Source of the DNA: Phoronis australis | Lineage: Eukaryota; Animalia; Phoronida | Direction of reading: 5' to 3' | Assembly (NCBI GenBank): GCA_002633005.1 | Contig: NMRA01000374.1 | Coordinates: forward strand, 284,831 to 348,830 | Length of the DNA stretch: 64,000 nucleotides | Part shown: piece by piece, positions 39,621 through 53,700 of the stretch | How the letters are laid out: each line of letters begins with the position of its first letter | Position numbering within the stretch: the first letter of the stretch is position 1 | The notes under the pieces: generated by a model | The model's input: the letters and a program-made list of their open reading frames with translations, nothing else | What the model was told of the DNA's origin: nothing | Database searches by the model: none | Position numbers and translations under genes: made by a program

Positions 39621-42600
39621 ATGCTTATGAGAATCGCTCTCACGACCGTTTTCGTGACGGCCTTGATTGTTACTCAACCTTTCGTAGAAGGGAATGAGTT
39701 TGATGAGGATAAGGCCGCATATGAGAAGCAAGAAAACCTGCAGGCCAGGTAAACGAAAACGAATTATTTGTTTTTTCATTCAAGTACCTTCCATTCGATG
39801 TAGTTGAGGGTTCCATAACGCAAGTTTTCGTTAGAATCACCATGATAAACAAATAACTATAAGTCAGGTTTGCACACACTATTGGCGTTAGTCCTGGCCT
39901 CTGATATTTTTTTCGTCTCCAGTCTTAGAATTACTACCTATCAAATAACATGCTAGGAGTTTTTCAACAAGTTATTTTGGGAGTTAAAATCATGATACTG
40001 TATTTTATGGAAAGAATGGACACTTGGTTTGTGAGTGTTTGTCCTGTCAATACTCAGTTCTTAAACAGGTTAGTTTAGTTTACCGACTACATGTTTCTTA
40101 TGCTCTTATAAATGAAAAGTTTAGACCTAACTGACAGGTGTGTTATTTCGAAAAAAATACGGAGAGCTAAATGTGTGTTTATGTGTGTTTGCGTTAACTT
40201 CCCAATTGCAAAAAATCCAGTTTAATAATTTGTGTTACTGCTAGCGTACATAGCACTTGCCAGTTGGTCCGATTTTGTCGGACTATCTCCTTTTTTGAAT
40301 TTTTACAGCCATGCCGTCATACTATCAAATTGTCCCGTTTTTTGACATGCGGCAACACTTAAATGTTATCATACACATTACTACTGTAATTTCCAACGCG
40401 ACATGGCTCTATTTTCCCTTCGGCTTAAAGGAAAAAACGTTACGTTTCATGGGTTATTATTCACTCACAATTGCTCATTCAACTTCTAAAAAACGCCAGC
40501 GGGTGCTTTTGAATATAACGTCCCCTGTTCGACAAAAAACGGTGCTGTGTGTGTTGCAGCGAAATTTTATTCTTGTGTTTTTGCATAAACCCAGAAGTCC
40601 CGCTTTATACGAAAAACCCGCTTCTCAATGCCACTGTCCCGCTTTTTAATTTCCTAATGTTAACAACTATGGAACATGTGCTCATCTGCCTCGTAGTCTT
40701 GTTATTTTTCAGAGCCCACTTTCTTTGAAAATATAACAAACTTAAAAATGTATTTCAATGAGTATAATTTTACATGAATGTCTGACTAAATTCTTCACAA
40801 CAAATGTGAAGAATCCATAGTCTAAAATCGTTGTCTTGATTAGTAAACATCTTTTGAATTGTTGACATTATTTGACTGTTACTTTAGTTAGTCATTTATA
40901 TAACGTCTCTGCTTCATTTTCTTTATACATTTGCATGTTTCCGTTGCACTCCGTTGCTTTTCGCATTTTTGGGTAACACTCTTGGGTTTTAGAATTGAAA
41001 AATAAACCTGTCAGGTATACGAAATGGTGATTATTTAAGAATTGGGTTACCATCGTTTGCCTCTGAGAAAGGACATTAGAGTGATTTGACAATTTGGTTG
41101 AAAATGGGGATGTTGCGAAAATTATATAGCGGCAGGAAATTTTATGATAGCCAACATATAAACAAACGAATAAAAACAAATGCCTACACGCGATAGTTTC
41201 ACATCGCTTAATTAGCTGTGGCGTAAACATTCAAGCAGCATTTTTGACACGATGAACGACTCAACTTCGACGGATCGTGACATCGACTGGAAATTGACGC
41301 CTATACTCTTCGGGGGGAAGTAGCTTTCCACATCGGAAGTTGTCTTTTCTTTATCGTCCCAGCGTAAAACCATGATCAAAATATGGAGCAACTCCTACGG
41401 CTATCTAAAAGACACCTTCAAATAATGCATACTAAACTTTCAGAAAATATGTACTTTTACTGAGACAAAACTTAGAGTTTGTTGTAGATATTTGGCCAAA
41501 TAGGCTACACAGACTCGTCAAGGTGCTATATAGATAGTAAAGATATCATGTTTAGTTTAAGTTTTGGTGAAGATGATTTTAGACCTGTGCACTATTTATT
41601 TTGAAATGATAGATCTCAGCGAGAAGAAAACGGCATCTTGCAAATTGAGGACATCGATGCCCACCCGTGCACCAAACTGCTCGTCTCGGGTGACCATCCC
41701 ATACCAGACACTTCTCTCAGGGCGTGGACCAAATATGACGCCAGTCATGCACCTAGTATGGCTCGTATATACGGAACAACTGCGTGGACTGCGGGGCCTC
41801 AGACGAAAATCCTCCAGTGGCTACATCTCAACCTGGGTGAAGTTAAAAATGTGACTGGGATTGTGACCAAAGGCCATTCACAAAAAGAAGAGTTCGTCTC
41901 GTCGTACTTGATACAGTATAGCACAGACGATATACACTGGCCGCTCGTAAAAGACGAATTTGGCGAAAACAAGGTATATATCGTCTTGTTTTAATTCTGC
42001 TAGTTACTTGCCTGTATTCTTGTTCTGTATTGTTCATAAAGTTAGTACGGCCCATTCATTAGGTCTAACGTCAACGTTTTATTCATTTAACAGCAACCAG
42101 CCCTTGCTAGACAGCCAGAAAACACAAGTCATACTTACGTGCAATTATTTTCTTGTACATATACCATAGGTGGTGGATTAATTTACCGACAATGTTATCG
42201 AAATCGAAACAACGTGCTCCTAATCATTCGTCCGTGTCCAGTCTGGTTAGATTTAAGGAAGTGTTATCTACAGCCAACCTATTTAAATGATTAAGAGGTT
42301 GAAAAAATCTTCAAGACCTGCTCTTTTCGGATCTGGAAGGGTTTTGCAAACTTTTTATCTAAACCTATGTTAGTCATGGATGAACTACGGGTCTAAATTC
42401 AGTATGTGTGCTTGACTTTGTGTAGGTAATGATGAAATGGACCGCAGACCTGATAATCCACACTCAAGTCTATTCTATTGAAAAGGATCCGAAGAACTGT
42501 TGAAGTGTTGTTTGTAGTTAATTCTTGTATTTCTGTACAACTTTGCGCATTTTTGCTCGTCGGACTCTCGCCGATTACGTCATGTTAATATCTCGTGTTA

Positions 42601-42744
42601 CAGCTATTCATTGGAAACTTCGATAGTCAGACGATAAAGGCGAACGCCATTTCACCTCCGATCGAAGCTAAAGACATTGTAATTTATCCTCGCTCCTGGC
42701 ACGGACGGATCTCCATGAGAGCTGATGTGCTGGGATGCTTGTAG
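39621..42744 (+). CDS. Secreted single-domain discoidin (F5/8 type C) protein B, 209 aa; join(39621-39748, 41613-41973, 42604-42744)
   Basis: Same exon phases as gene A. Signal-like MLMRIALTTVFVTALIVTQPFVEG; CTKLLVSG..IPD...ARI...AW...QWLHLNLGEVKNVTGIVTKG...FVSSY.IQYSTD..HW and LFIGNFD...PPIEAK.I.IYPRSW..ISMRADVLGC. AATAAA at about 43067. Confidence 0.92.
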
Positions 42745-45700
42745 GAGAACTCGGCGTTGCAAGAGCATTTCAAGACATTGAACTCAGAAATGCAGGCGTG
42801 CCTGCATTTCGCGAATTAATTGGCCAAACACACTCGACTAGTTAACTGCCCAGATGTGACTCCTGACAGCCAGGCAACGTTTGATTGTTAAAATAACACA
42901 ACGACCTCTGTTGTTAGATTCGTTATCACTAAACATATATGGACGAAAAAGTCAACCTATAATTATTATTTTTTTATTTGACAAATGTCACCATTCTCAC
43001 GGATATTCTTCCGCACTCCCACAGAAGCATGATTTGTCTTAGTCACTTGTACAACAAAAGTGGAGAAATAAAATGAATAAGAAAACAATTTTGGTCACTA
43101 ATTAGTTGTTTTGATCACTGAATTAAAACTGCATTTCGCTTATTTCGTCGACAAGAGTGAGTGATACGTCTCGGGCACATCAATGCACATCCTTACTTAT
43201 CCTTCGATAGATATGTCGCCTAGACTAAGAAAAGAAGTAACAAACAGTCATACACATTGAACGTATGAGTTTCAAAATGTTTCACCGACAATGCCTTAAT
43301 ACGCTCATTTGGGGCATGCCGTCAAATGTTACTATTCAAAACATTTACAAAAAACGGCTTTCACGAGACACGTCACACGTCAATCAAGCTATTATTTCAA
43401 CCAATCAAGGTGCACGAAAATGTAAACTCCGCGATTGCCCACCATCTTGGGTCACAAATAGTCTAAAACATTTGTTGCTAACGAAAGCAGAAAGATGGTT
43501 CTTTGATGAACTTTAGAAACTCAACGGTATATACGGAGAACACTATAAGCTCAAAATACACCCGGAAATATTCGTCAAAATAAACAAAGGAAAGAAGTCA
43601 ATTGCGAACTTGTCACAAAAACGAATTTTTTTTTTTCGTCATTAGTGCCTGGTGCGATTTAGAGTCTTAAGTTTGTGGAATGTTACAGGTGTGAGAGCAC
43701 ATGTGACGTACGGAAAGGTACCTTGCAGACAAGACACAGGTACTAATCGTATGAAGACAATTTTTCATCAACGTCATTTGTGCTACGGAATAGGGTAAAA
43801 ACGCGCGAGTTCTGGGCTCGGTCTGTAATCTTTGTACTCGAAACGAATTATTTTTGGCAATTTCTCTTCTCTTTTTGTGCGAACTCAAGATATAGAGGTC
43901 ATCTGATTGTGGTCAACACATATAGTGTAGTGTAGTGTAGTACTTCTAAACTCCTTGCCGGCCCCTCAGTTGTCAGCGATCTAAATACACAACATATGTA
44001 TACTAAGCAAACCAACGACAGGTTTCACAGCCTCACAGCAAGCCTTCCATGGAATTCTCACTGTCATCCTACTAAAATGTGTTAAGATGAACATGAAGAT
44101 ACAAAATATGTGTGCATGTATTTACAAGACATTAATTTTTAGAACCAGAACGTTTGTTTCTCCAACACGTCCTTGGGAGAATACCTACACACAATGTCGC
44201 AGGGTGGTATGACACACGTGAGAATCACACGCCATCAAGAACCGATGAAGGGCTTTCTTATGATATGAATCTTGTGCAATGCGAGTGGAAAACGGCGGAT
44301 TTGCGAAGTTTTAGTGACAATAAATGCCATAGAAAAAGCCAACACCGGAAAAATAGAATGCAAAGAAATGTCGTGCACGCATGAGCTTCGCAACCTTGGT
44401 GCGAGCATTCCAGGGCCTCGGTCATCAGTTTCCATGAGTGTTTTTCCTTACAAACATTAGTAGGTGTCTGAGTTTTTACACGACTTGTTATTATTATATT
44501 ACTATTACAGATAACTGTGACTGGCTATAGTTACTGAGTTTTGTGCAAAATTTCCTTTAACGATAGCAAATGTCTATATATCTCGACAACTAATTACAAT
44601 TTTGATGGAGATTGGGCGTTTGTGTGACCTGGAATCTATTATTCTACAAAGAATAAACACCAAGATGCAGTTGAAGATGAAATGTAGCTTTTTATCCGAT
44701 ACGCGTTGAATCTGTCGAGTGCAATACGGCCATATGTAATAATATTTTCCGTATTTACCTCCATAGTGACCTCCGACATGGAAAATTCAAAAGGTAGGTT
44801 AATGTCGACTCGACGTCGTCAGCCGGTTAGATGTCATCAAACTTTCCAAATATAGCTTAAAGTAATACAGTTGCAGCAGTATAAACAAGGCCGTATGAAG
44901 CGGGTGGGGGGGGGGGGCGTGCCAACTCAGTATCAGCGCATGGTTTACCCCTTGGGGGCCCTGGCCAGGACATTGTTGTTAGGGTATCCGCTTTTGCTGC
45001 ATACATGTAGATTGTGTAAACGCACTTGAAAACGTGCACTTTATCATTCATACAAGTCATGTATTTCGAAAAATCGAGAAAATTCACTGGAGTTCTAAAT
45101 TCAATAAGACTGTTTTGCAAATGCAGAAATGCAAAATTATATTTTCCAAAGGCCCTTCTCTAGGAAAGGATAACAAAGACAATTGCTGCTCTATTTTTTC
45201 GTGTTTTTCTTTCTCTAAATTGTGTATCACTTGAGAAAATTGATGGCCTGGCAGATAACATCAATTGCTGCGCATTTCCTGACTTTTGAAAATATAGATC
45301 TTTTCATATTTAAGGGCCCAACTCTTGAAGAGGACCATTGATGACACCCTTTTCGTGTTTTGATTGGCAAATTCTTAAGGGGCCACTCACGAAGAAAGGG
45401 CCCAATGCTGGAATCGATTATCTCTATTTTCCTATTTTTGTGAAATCGAACAACCGACTTTTATGCTGAGGAAAGTCACTTCTTGCAAGGTCACCCGACA
45501 ATGGAATAAAGTGTCACTCTTTTCCAAGCTGAATGATGTGTAGTCTTTCATCTTAGGTGCCCCATTTCAGACGGCACCCCCTCTCGGTGGGGAGGCCCGG
45601 GTGTCTCTCTGAACATGTAAATCTGACACTGCCAAGTAGTCACAAAACAACAGTGCACAGTACGGCAAAGCAGTATCAAAACGTTCGACACAAACAACAA

Positions 45701-46299
45701 AAAATGTGAAAAGTACAATAGGATTGACCACCATAAAAAAGTTGGAATTTTAAAGAACGTGAAGATCACTATTTGTGAATTACACAAAAAGGCTACTTCC
45801 GATGGTTAGTTATGTTTTTCTAATAGTATCACAAAATAGTATTTCTTTTAAAGGTCGTTACTAGGAACTGTTTGTAATGAATTCGCAGATGTCAAAAAGA
45901 CTGTGGGCTACGATTTGTGATGACCGTGTACAAAAATCTGCGACCATGCCTGTGGTAATTGCTTACAACATTCCGTTTTGATAAACAAAATTCGTTGGTT
46001 TCTGATTTATATTATAATTATGTATTTACGAAAACCGACAGGTTAATAAATTAGTTTTGAGAATTAGAAGCTAATATTTTAAGAAATGATGTTGTTTCAG
46101 TGAATTTAGTCGAAGCCTGAATATGGAAAAAACTCTATAATCAGATCCCCAAATAGCAAAGTGCACTTGGACGCTTCTTGCCTACCTAAAATAACTCTCA
46201 AAGACATTGATGAAATTTGGACAATTCCCAAACATTTACTCACAATTCAAATGACAATAAATGCATTGAATTTTGACTTCGGTACAAGATTTGTCGTTT

Positions 46300-46892
46300 A
46301 AACTCACTGACAGGCACGTGTGTTCCCCAAGCCCGAGAAAGTTCAAGCTGGGTGCTTTTGCGAGCAAAATTGTGGCTTCTGTGTTCTGGGACAGCGAAGG
46401 TATTCTGATGATAGACTACTTGCAAGGACAAAGCGTTACTGGGAATTACTGTGCATCACTTTTGGAAAAACTCAAAAAAGCAATCAAGGAAAAGAGACGC
46501 GAGAAGTTTCGGGAAGGAGTGCTGTTGCTTCAAGACAACGCACCTACCCACACCACCCAAGTTGTGGTGGCTGAAGCAACTAGATGGGGCTTTGGAATCC
46601 TTCCGCAACCCGTCTATTCTCCAGACCGGGCCCAGTCTGATTCTTATTTGTTTCCACATTTGAAGGCCATCGTGCGTGGACGCCATTATGTGAGCGATTA
46701 TGACGTCATGAGTGCAGTGGAGGATTGAGGGGCTAAACAAGTTTCTTTTACAAAGGCATTCCAAAACTGAAGCACAGATGGAAGAAATGCATTGATGTAA
46801 CGGGAGATTATATTGAAAAAATAAAAGACAAAAATAGTTGTTATCGCTTTGTTTTCTGGGTGAGGCCGAGAACTCAATGAATGACCCTGGTA
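46300..46892 (+). mobile_element. Mariner (D,D34D) transposon 3' half with right TIR, inactive
   Basis: KIVASVFWDSEGIL...LLQDNAPTH...YSPDRAQSDSYLFPHLK, a stop at 46726, then frameshifted RWKKCIDVTGDYIEK. Ends GAACTCAATGAATGACCCTGG-TA. Confidence 0.92.
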
Positions 46893-47722
46893 CATATGAA
46901 TAGTTCGGTAGCAGCCTTTCGTTAACACAAACTCCGTTGATAACACGACTGGAATTTTTGTTTGACAGCTTAATACACACTCGCTCCTAGTGTTGAAACA
47001 ATCTCCTTTCTTCGGGAGTGCAGCTATGTAGCATTACACCCAGAGACATAACACAGAAACAAAGTAAAAGGCTAGCTATATTTCAAGACACATGTCTGTG
47101 GAATGAACACATAAGAAGAGAAATAAATATATATGTGGTGCCAAGACAGCCCACAACTTTCCACAATAGCCAACTGTCATCCCTGTAGATTTTGTGCATG
47201 CTGATTAGCATAATTCCACACGAGTACATGAGACCTATTTTGCATTCAACAAGGTCTCCTCCATATCTTCCATCTTTCATGGCTGCATGCTCTTGTGGTA
47301 TCTACCATCCGGTTTTATCTCCTTTTACCTTCTTTAGGTTTTCAAGGATTAATGTTGCTTCAGCAAGTACAATACAAAAATCAAGTGGTAAAAGTATACC
47401 GCATTAACAAATAGTATAGATACGTGTGGCACCCGAACAGTCCTAATACTTCTGTTGAAGTAACAAAGTAGATTCTGACAGAGTAAATACACTTAAGGTG
47501 TATAAAGAGACTGAACCGGAATTCAGTGTAACATGTAATACTCCTAAATAGTTGACAATGGACAGAGTCCACAGTGTGTCATGAGCACACATTTGTTACA
47601 TTCAATTGCATCGAGAAGACAACTGAAGACACTGATTGGCTGGACAATCCCCTGGCCACTCCATATGCTCATTCACTTGTACATTGCTGATCAATAAGGC
47701 AGGTAATCTTTGTACATTGCTA

Positions 47723-50700
47723 CTAGGCAGGCAGACTACATAAAAAGTTATGTGTGGGTATGGCAAGTGCTCCAGCTACACCTATTCCAAGACTGTCAGC
47801 GACGCTGGCAACACCTAAACTGAACTCCTTGTGCTCTGGGACAACCTGAAATAATAATAACAAAAAAATTAAGAACAATGACGTTGACAAGAACTTCATT
47901 ATAATACAGTAAAAGTCATAACAACAAGCAGTCGTCACAGGGCCCCGCCTCCTCATGATGCAGACATTTTCAGGGTAACGTTATAATTTCATGTGGTAAT
48001 AATATTTTGTAAAAATGAGCCGTTAAATCTCTGCAATATGTTATTTCCAACATGTCTGACTCAAATATAATTATCAAAATTTTCAAATGAGAAAATGAGA
48101 ACTTTAATACATGATGTGATGTAACTTCAAAGTTTTCCGGTGTGACCTTGAAAATGAGGCCATGGCATCAAATTTGACTGGTGCCACGAGATGCATCTAT
48201 ACCACCTCGATAAAAATATGAGTAAATGTAAAGATTGTTTCTTGAAATATCACGCCAACCTTTTCTCAGTAGGGCTCTTAAATATCTCACTATGACCTTG
48301 GGAAAGAGGTCAAGGTCGCCAAAATCGCTTGGTGCCTTGGGATGCCCCGACTATTCCATAGTATACGACATGAACAAAATGTAAAGCTTTCTTCTTGAGA
48401 TATCACCCAAACAATACTTTCCAATAGGAGCTCTTTAAATTTCTTGCTATGACCTTGAAAATGAATTCAATGTCACCAAAACATACTGGTAACTGGAGTT
48501 CCACCCACACCTTGCTACAACACATTAACAAAATCTAAAGCTCTCTTTTGAGAGGAGTTATGCCAACAACATCTTTCCAAGCTAAATTTGAAAATCGACT
48601 GGTGCCTTGAGTTGCCTCATTAACACCTCGGACCAAAAGCAGGAGTAAAACCACAACATAGTTAGATGTATTCTTGTGATACTGGTCCACAGTAGATGTG
48701 TTATGGTGAGTTATTTGACAACCAAGTTTTTAAGGTGTTGATGGTAGATCAATATTTGGATAATGGTTCGACTGTCATATAGCGAGCCTCTTAAAAACAG
48801 AAAAATCAAAGTGGCACTTTTAGCATTTGCTTTTTGCATGATTTAAAGAATTTTTCGGTATCTCGCCTTTAACTGCTATCTCACCTCTTTTCTAATCCTG
48901 TAGAAAGTGTTAACATATGCAGCTCCACCTAGCAGCCCCTCGTAGAGAATAATGACAAACATGATCCATATGCTGGGAATAAAGCCAAAAAAGGCTTGGA
49001 ATAACAACAGCACCACGTTGGCCCACTGTGAATAAACCAATAAGTTATAAGATGAAGGGCAAATTAGCATGAATTGAAACAGGAATATTAAACAAACAGC
49101 ATGTTTGACGTTATGTATGACCTTATTGACAAGTCTGTGCTGTCAGCCAAATATCTGCAAAACTACAGAATTTAACTCCGCAGTTAAAGTATTGTTTTTG
49201 AAAGCAAAAAAATGTAGAATTTGATTTTTGACTTTATCTGCTGTTGTTGTATGACGTGACAGTATCTTTTAAGTAACACCTGCCAAAAGATTAAGCATGA
49301 CTTGGCAAGATATTGTCAAGATATTGCCATGAACTATAATCACAGTACCTAATCATACTAACATTGCTCGCTCAATTCTTGCATTTACAGAACACAACCC
49401 AGGTTTATACACGTCTCCAAGTTTTCAGTGACATCAGATATATTAACGAGCAGACATCCCACTATGCACTTGACCATCAGCGCCCTTAGTGACTAAGTTC
49501 TGCCATGATGTAATCGATCATGTTGCATTCTTACCTGTAGGATGGGCAATATCCATAACCTTTTAATAGGGAATAAATTAATGGACGACCGTGATAAGAA
49601 CACGCCAATTTGATAGTCCACTTGATACCTATAAGGACAAATGGGTGAATTTGTTATTGGTAGCCATATGGCAGCAATAGTTCTAAGAACACACAACTGA
49701 GCAATGAGATGTAGCCATATGGCAGGAATAGTTCTAATAACACACAACTGACCAATGAGTTAGGTGTAGCCTTATGGCAGCAGTAGTTCTAACAACACAC
49801 AACTGAGCAATGAGGTGTAGCCTTATGGCAGCAATAGTTCTAACAACACACAACTGAGCAATGAGTTAGGTGTAGCCATATGGCAGCAATAGTTCTAACA
49901 ACACACAACTGAGCAATGAGGTGCAGCCATATGGCAGCAATAGTTCTAACAACACACAACTGAGCAATGAGGTGCAGCCATATGGCAGCACTAGTTCTAA
50001 CAACACACAACTGAGCAATGAGTTAGGTGTAGCAATATGGCAGCAATAGTTCTAACAACACACAACTGAGCAATAAGGTGCAGGAACACGGGATTGGGCC
50101 ACTCAGGGGGGAACTAACTGAACACTTAAACAACATGCCAAACAAGCCCAGAAATGACAGAAATATGTAGAGCAAGAACCACATGATATTACAGGGTAAT
50201 CCAGCTTTGGAAGATATGGAAAAAATTTTGTCACACCCTGTGCCGTGGCATTGGAACTTTAAAACAATGAATACTATATCTTGAAACATCCACTTGTTTT
50301 TGGAAAATAAACTTTGCATACGGTGACAATGAAGTAGCAATGCGAAATTAAAGAGACAATAAATTCACTTTCCATCACAAAAAATCTGCTTCAGACCTCT
50401 TACTGTACAGTTGTGAAATTGGTCTCAAATTGTTCTTTAGTCAAATTTCAGGGCTAGTTTCAGGGCTATGAAGGAATTGACAGTTTGAGCCGAGCATACT
50501 TTCAAGGAATAACTAACTGTCAGCTCTCTGAAAACAGAAATTGAAATCCCATTTAAGTAAGAGACAAGTTTACGTTTTACATGGAACGTGGGTTTACAGC
50601 CGCTTTAAGAAGATGACAGTTTGGGGCACGCAAATGACCAGATGCTAGTCTGGGGTGCACGAACGACCAGATGACAGTTTGGGGCACACAAATGAAGAGG

Positions 50701-53700
50701 GTATTTCACTTACCATTTGTATTGCTGAGACGGTTTTAGCCATATGTGTTCAAAATACAAGAGCTCATACTGAAATATTAAAAAATATATAAATTGATGA
50801 AGATATGAAATTTCATTCGTAACCAAACTAACTCCTATTTCGCCATTGCGTAAAACGAAACCTTGGGTTAACTGTGGATAATTTAGTACTTTCATATTAA
50901 TCAAATCACATACTTAACAGAGTAAATTTGACATCACCATCTGGTAACATATCCCAAAATTTGGTACACATTCTCTGGCTGATCACTCAGAGTTGTGAAA
51001 TAGGATTTGAAACTACAGTTCGCGACAAAAATAACCAGAATTAATTATAGTCACCACTTTCTCATCATGACTGGTAAATAATCATTAAGGCCACAAAATT
51101 CTAATTACAGAATGTCTTAGGGCGAAATTCTCTGTTAACTCCCCTTCATTCTCCATCATCAGGGGAGACTATTCTCAGTCATCAGGGCAGACCATTCTGG
51201 CGATGAATTCAGCTTCCACCCAGGGGAATTCAGGGTCACTTTGTCTGAATACTTTTGACTTGTATTGTAAATGTTTCCACATAAATAGCACATCTGCTGT
51301 TTAACTCACCAAGGCCTGGTTGATAAAATACTCAGATGTATAGACAAGAGCCAGAGGTATCATGTACTTGAGCAATGGCTGAAGAAAAAGAAAACAAGAC
51401 TTACTACTGGTAACTATTAATAGTGATTATAGGTCAAATGTAATGAAGATACAGTTTCAGCTTATATATTTTCACCAAATAATTAAGTGAAAACCTTGAC
51501 ACTTTGACAATTCGCGATGCTTTCGGCTTTTTCTCAGCTTCGGCAAATCCACTTCGTTTGAACTTGTGTACAGGAATTCTTGAAAATGGCTCAGTGGATT
51601 TCACAGAAACTTTCCACCAATTTTAATATTATTCACCAGTCTCAAAAAACTATAGTAGTGGTTTTTGTTTTGAACGCCTAGTTTTTCGGTTACCATAGAA
51701 CAGACGAATAACACTGTTATTTTTTACAAAAAATACTTTTGGAATAAAAAACAAGTCTAAAAATTCCTAACAGCGTTTTTGATCTAAAGTGAGAAGTTTT
51801 CATCTAAAAAATGTTTCATTAAAGTCAACCGAGGGGTTATTTGCTGTAAATATAGATACCCTTCTTAAAAATAACAATAAACAGCACATTAATGCAAAAC
51901 CTATCTTCATAACACCTCGTCTCTTTTCTTTCAGAAAATACTCTTTTATTTGAAGACATAGCTTGTTTTTCAATGTATGAGCTAGAATGGTCATAAAGTA
52001 AGGTTTGACATAACCTTACATCCTGAAATGTTTCAAGCCATCACCACAGGCATGTCAGGAAGATTGACCCCACATGTGGGAGAGCCAAGAAAAAATTCAA
52101 GCAAACTAAAAATATTTTTTCGAGGCAAATTATAGTTTTGCCCTAACAGAAGCGTCCATATACACTTACGACCAACACAAATAGTTCTTAACTTTAATGT
52201 AATTAGGACTGGATTAAAGTACGGTAATTCTGAACACCATACTGTCGTATCTCATTCCACGTAATACTCTGGTGCACAATGATGGTCACTCACACTCAGT
52301 AGACGCAGTCTGTCAACAAAACTGTACGTTTTAATGTGCCCCGAGCTACCATCTATGGTCTCGCCTGAAATTATAGATAAAGCACTGAAGGCCATGGAGA
52401 AGTGAAAGATAGTTTCTTGCATACCGTCAAGGCCTTATTTCATTTGTTCTGCATTTCATTTTTAATTGTTATTAACAAAAGACACTGCTAACATCTTTGG
52501 TCAATCCAAACAAAACATATTTTTTTTCAAAATCAGACAAGTCAGAAAATACAAAAAATTGAGTAGTTGCAAGCAAGAGACACAAGTTGATAAAATTACA
52601 TAAATAATTAAGAATTTGCCTGTGTTATGACTGTCACTCAGCAGATGGTACGATTCTGATGTGTTGCACTTTTTAAAGAAACCAGAGACGCTAGGGGGCC
52701 TGTCGAGAACCAGGAAATAACTGAAAATAAGGCAAAATGACAGACAATCACATCTTCATATTTCAAAATTCAAAACCAACAAACAACAGGAAAGTTAGTA
52801 TCCAAGGTAACAGAATGATAAGAAATGCAACTACAGCCAAAGCCCAAAAAGATGACTACCTGTGTAATTTGAGCTTCAATTAAAACAAAGTTTCCCGGTT
52901 CAGTAACTGTAGTTCTAGTCCATGCACTCATTCCTTCAGATTAGTCAAGTTTTAGGTTATTCAGATAAAAACATCTCCGATCGTTTAGATATGATGCCAT
53001 GTTTACTGTACTTAACATAAGTTCAATACTTTACAGACCAACTAAAAGCGTCCTACTATAATGAATTACTTATTATAATAGAATCTTTAATAGTGTTACC
53101 CAAGGTATACAGTATTCTGAGCCTAGTAAGACAAGATATATCAAATCAAAAATGATGACAACAAACCTAGAAATGAGGATGACATCAGGGCTTGGAATGA
53201 CCAATGACAAAAAACGCGGAAACTTTTACGGCCCAAATTATGCGCGCTACCCAGCCTTGAAATGCTCGATGTGAACCTTTCCCCGACAAAAATCGGGAGG
53301 ACTAAAAAAAAANNNNNNNNNNNNNNNNNNNNNNNNNNNNNNNNNNNNNNNNNNNNNGTTCCCCATGGATAGCGTTAGTCGATGGCATAAATGTGCAGTG
53401 ATGAATCCTGACTAACGTTCCCCATGGATAGCGTTAGTCGATGGCATGAGTGTACAGTGGTGAATTCTGACTAACGTTCCCCATGGATAGCGTTAGTCGA
53501 TGGCATAAATGTGCAGTGATGAATCCTGACTAACGTTCCCCATGGATAGCGTTAGTCGATGGTGTTCATCTACAAAGGAGAATTGCAACTAACATTTTCC
53601 TAGGCACAAAACTACAATGTAGCATTTTGACGTTAGTCAAACAACACATTGGAGTATTCTGACTAACTGACGTTAGTTCGAAGCAAAAAAAAGCTTTCAA

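Noticed and set aside
46273-46728. Domesticated SETMAR-like gene
   Set aside because: 5'-truncated with a stop and frameshift, a retained TIR and no SET exons; it is an ordinary dead mariner.
49660-50077. Regular repeats resembling a CRISPR array (also 53358-53562 and 1448-1632)
   Set aside because: Units are head-to-tail with no unique spacers, there are no cas genes, and the context is eukaryotic; these are minisatellites.
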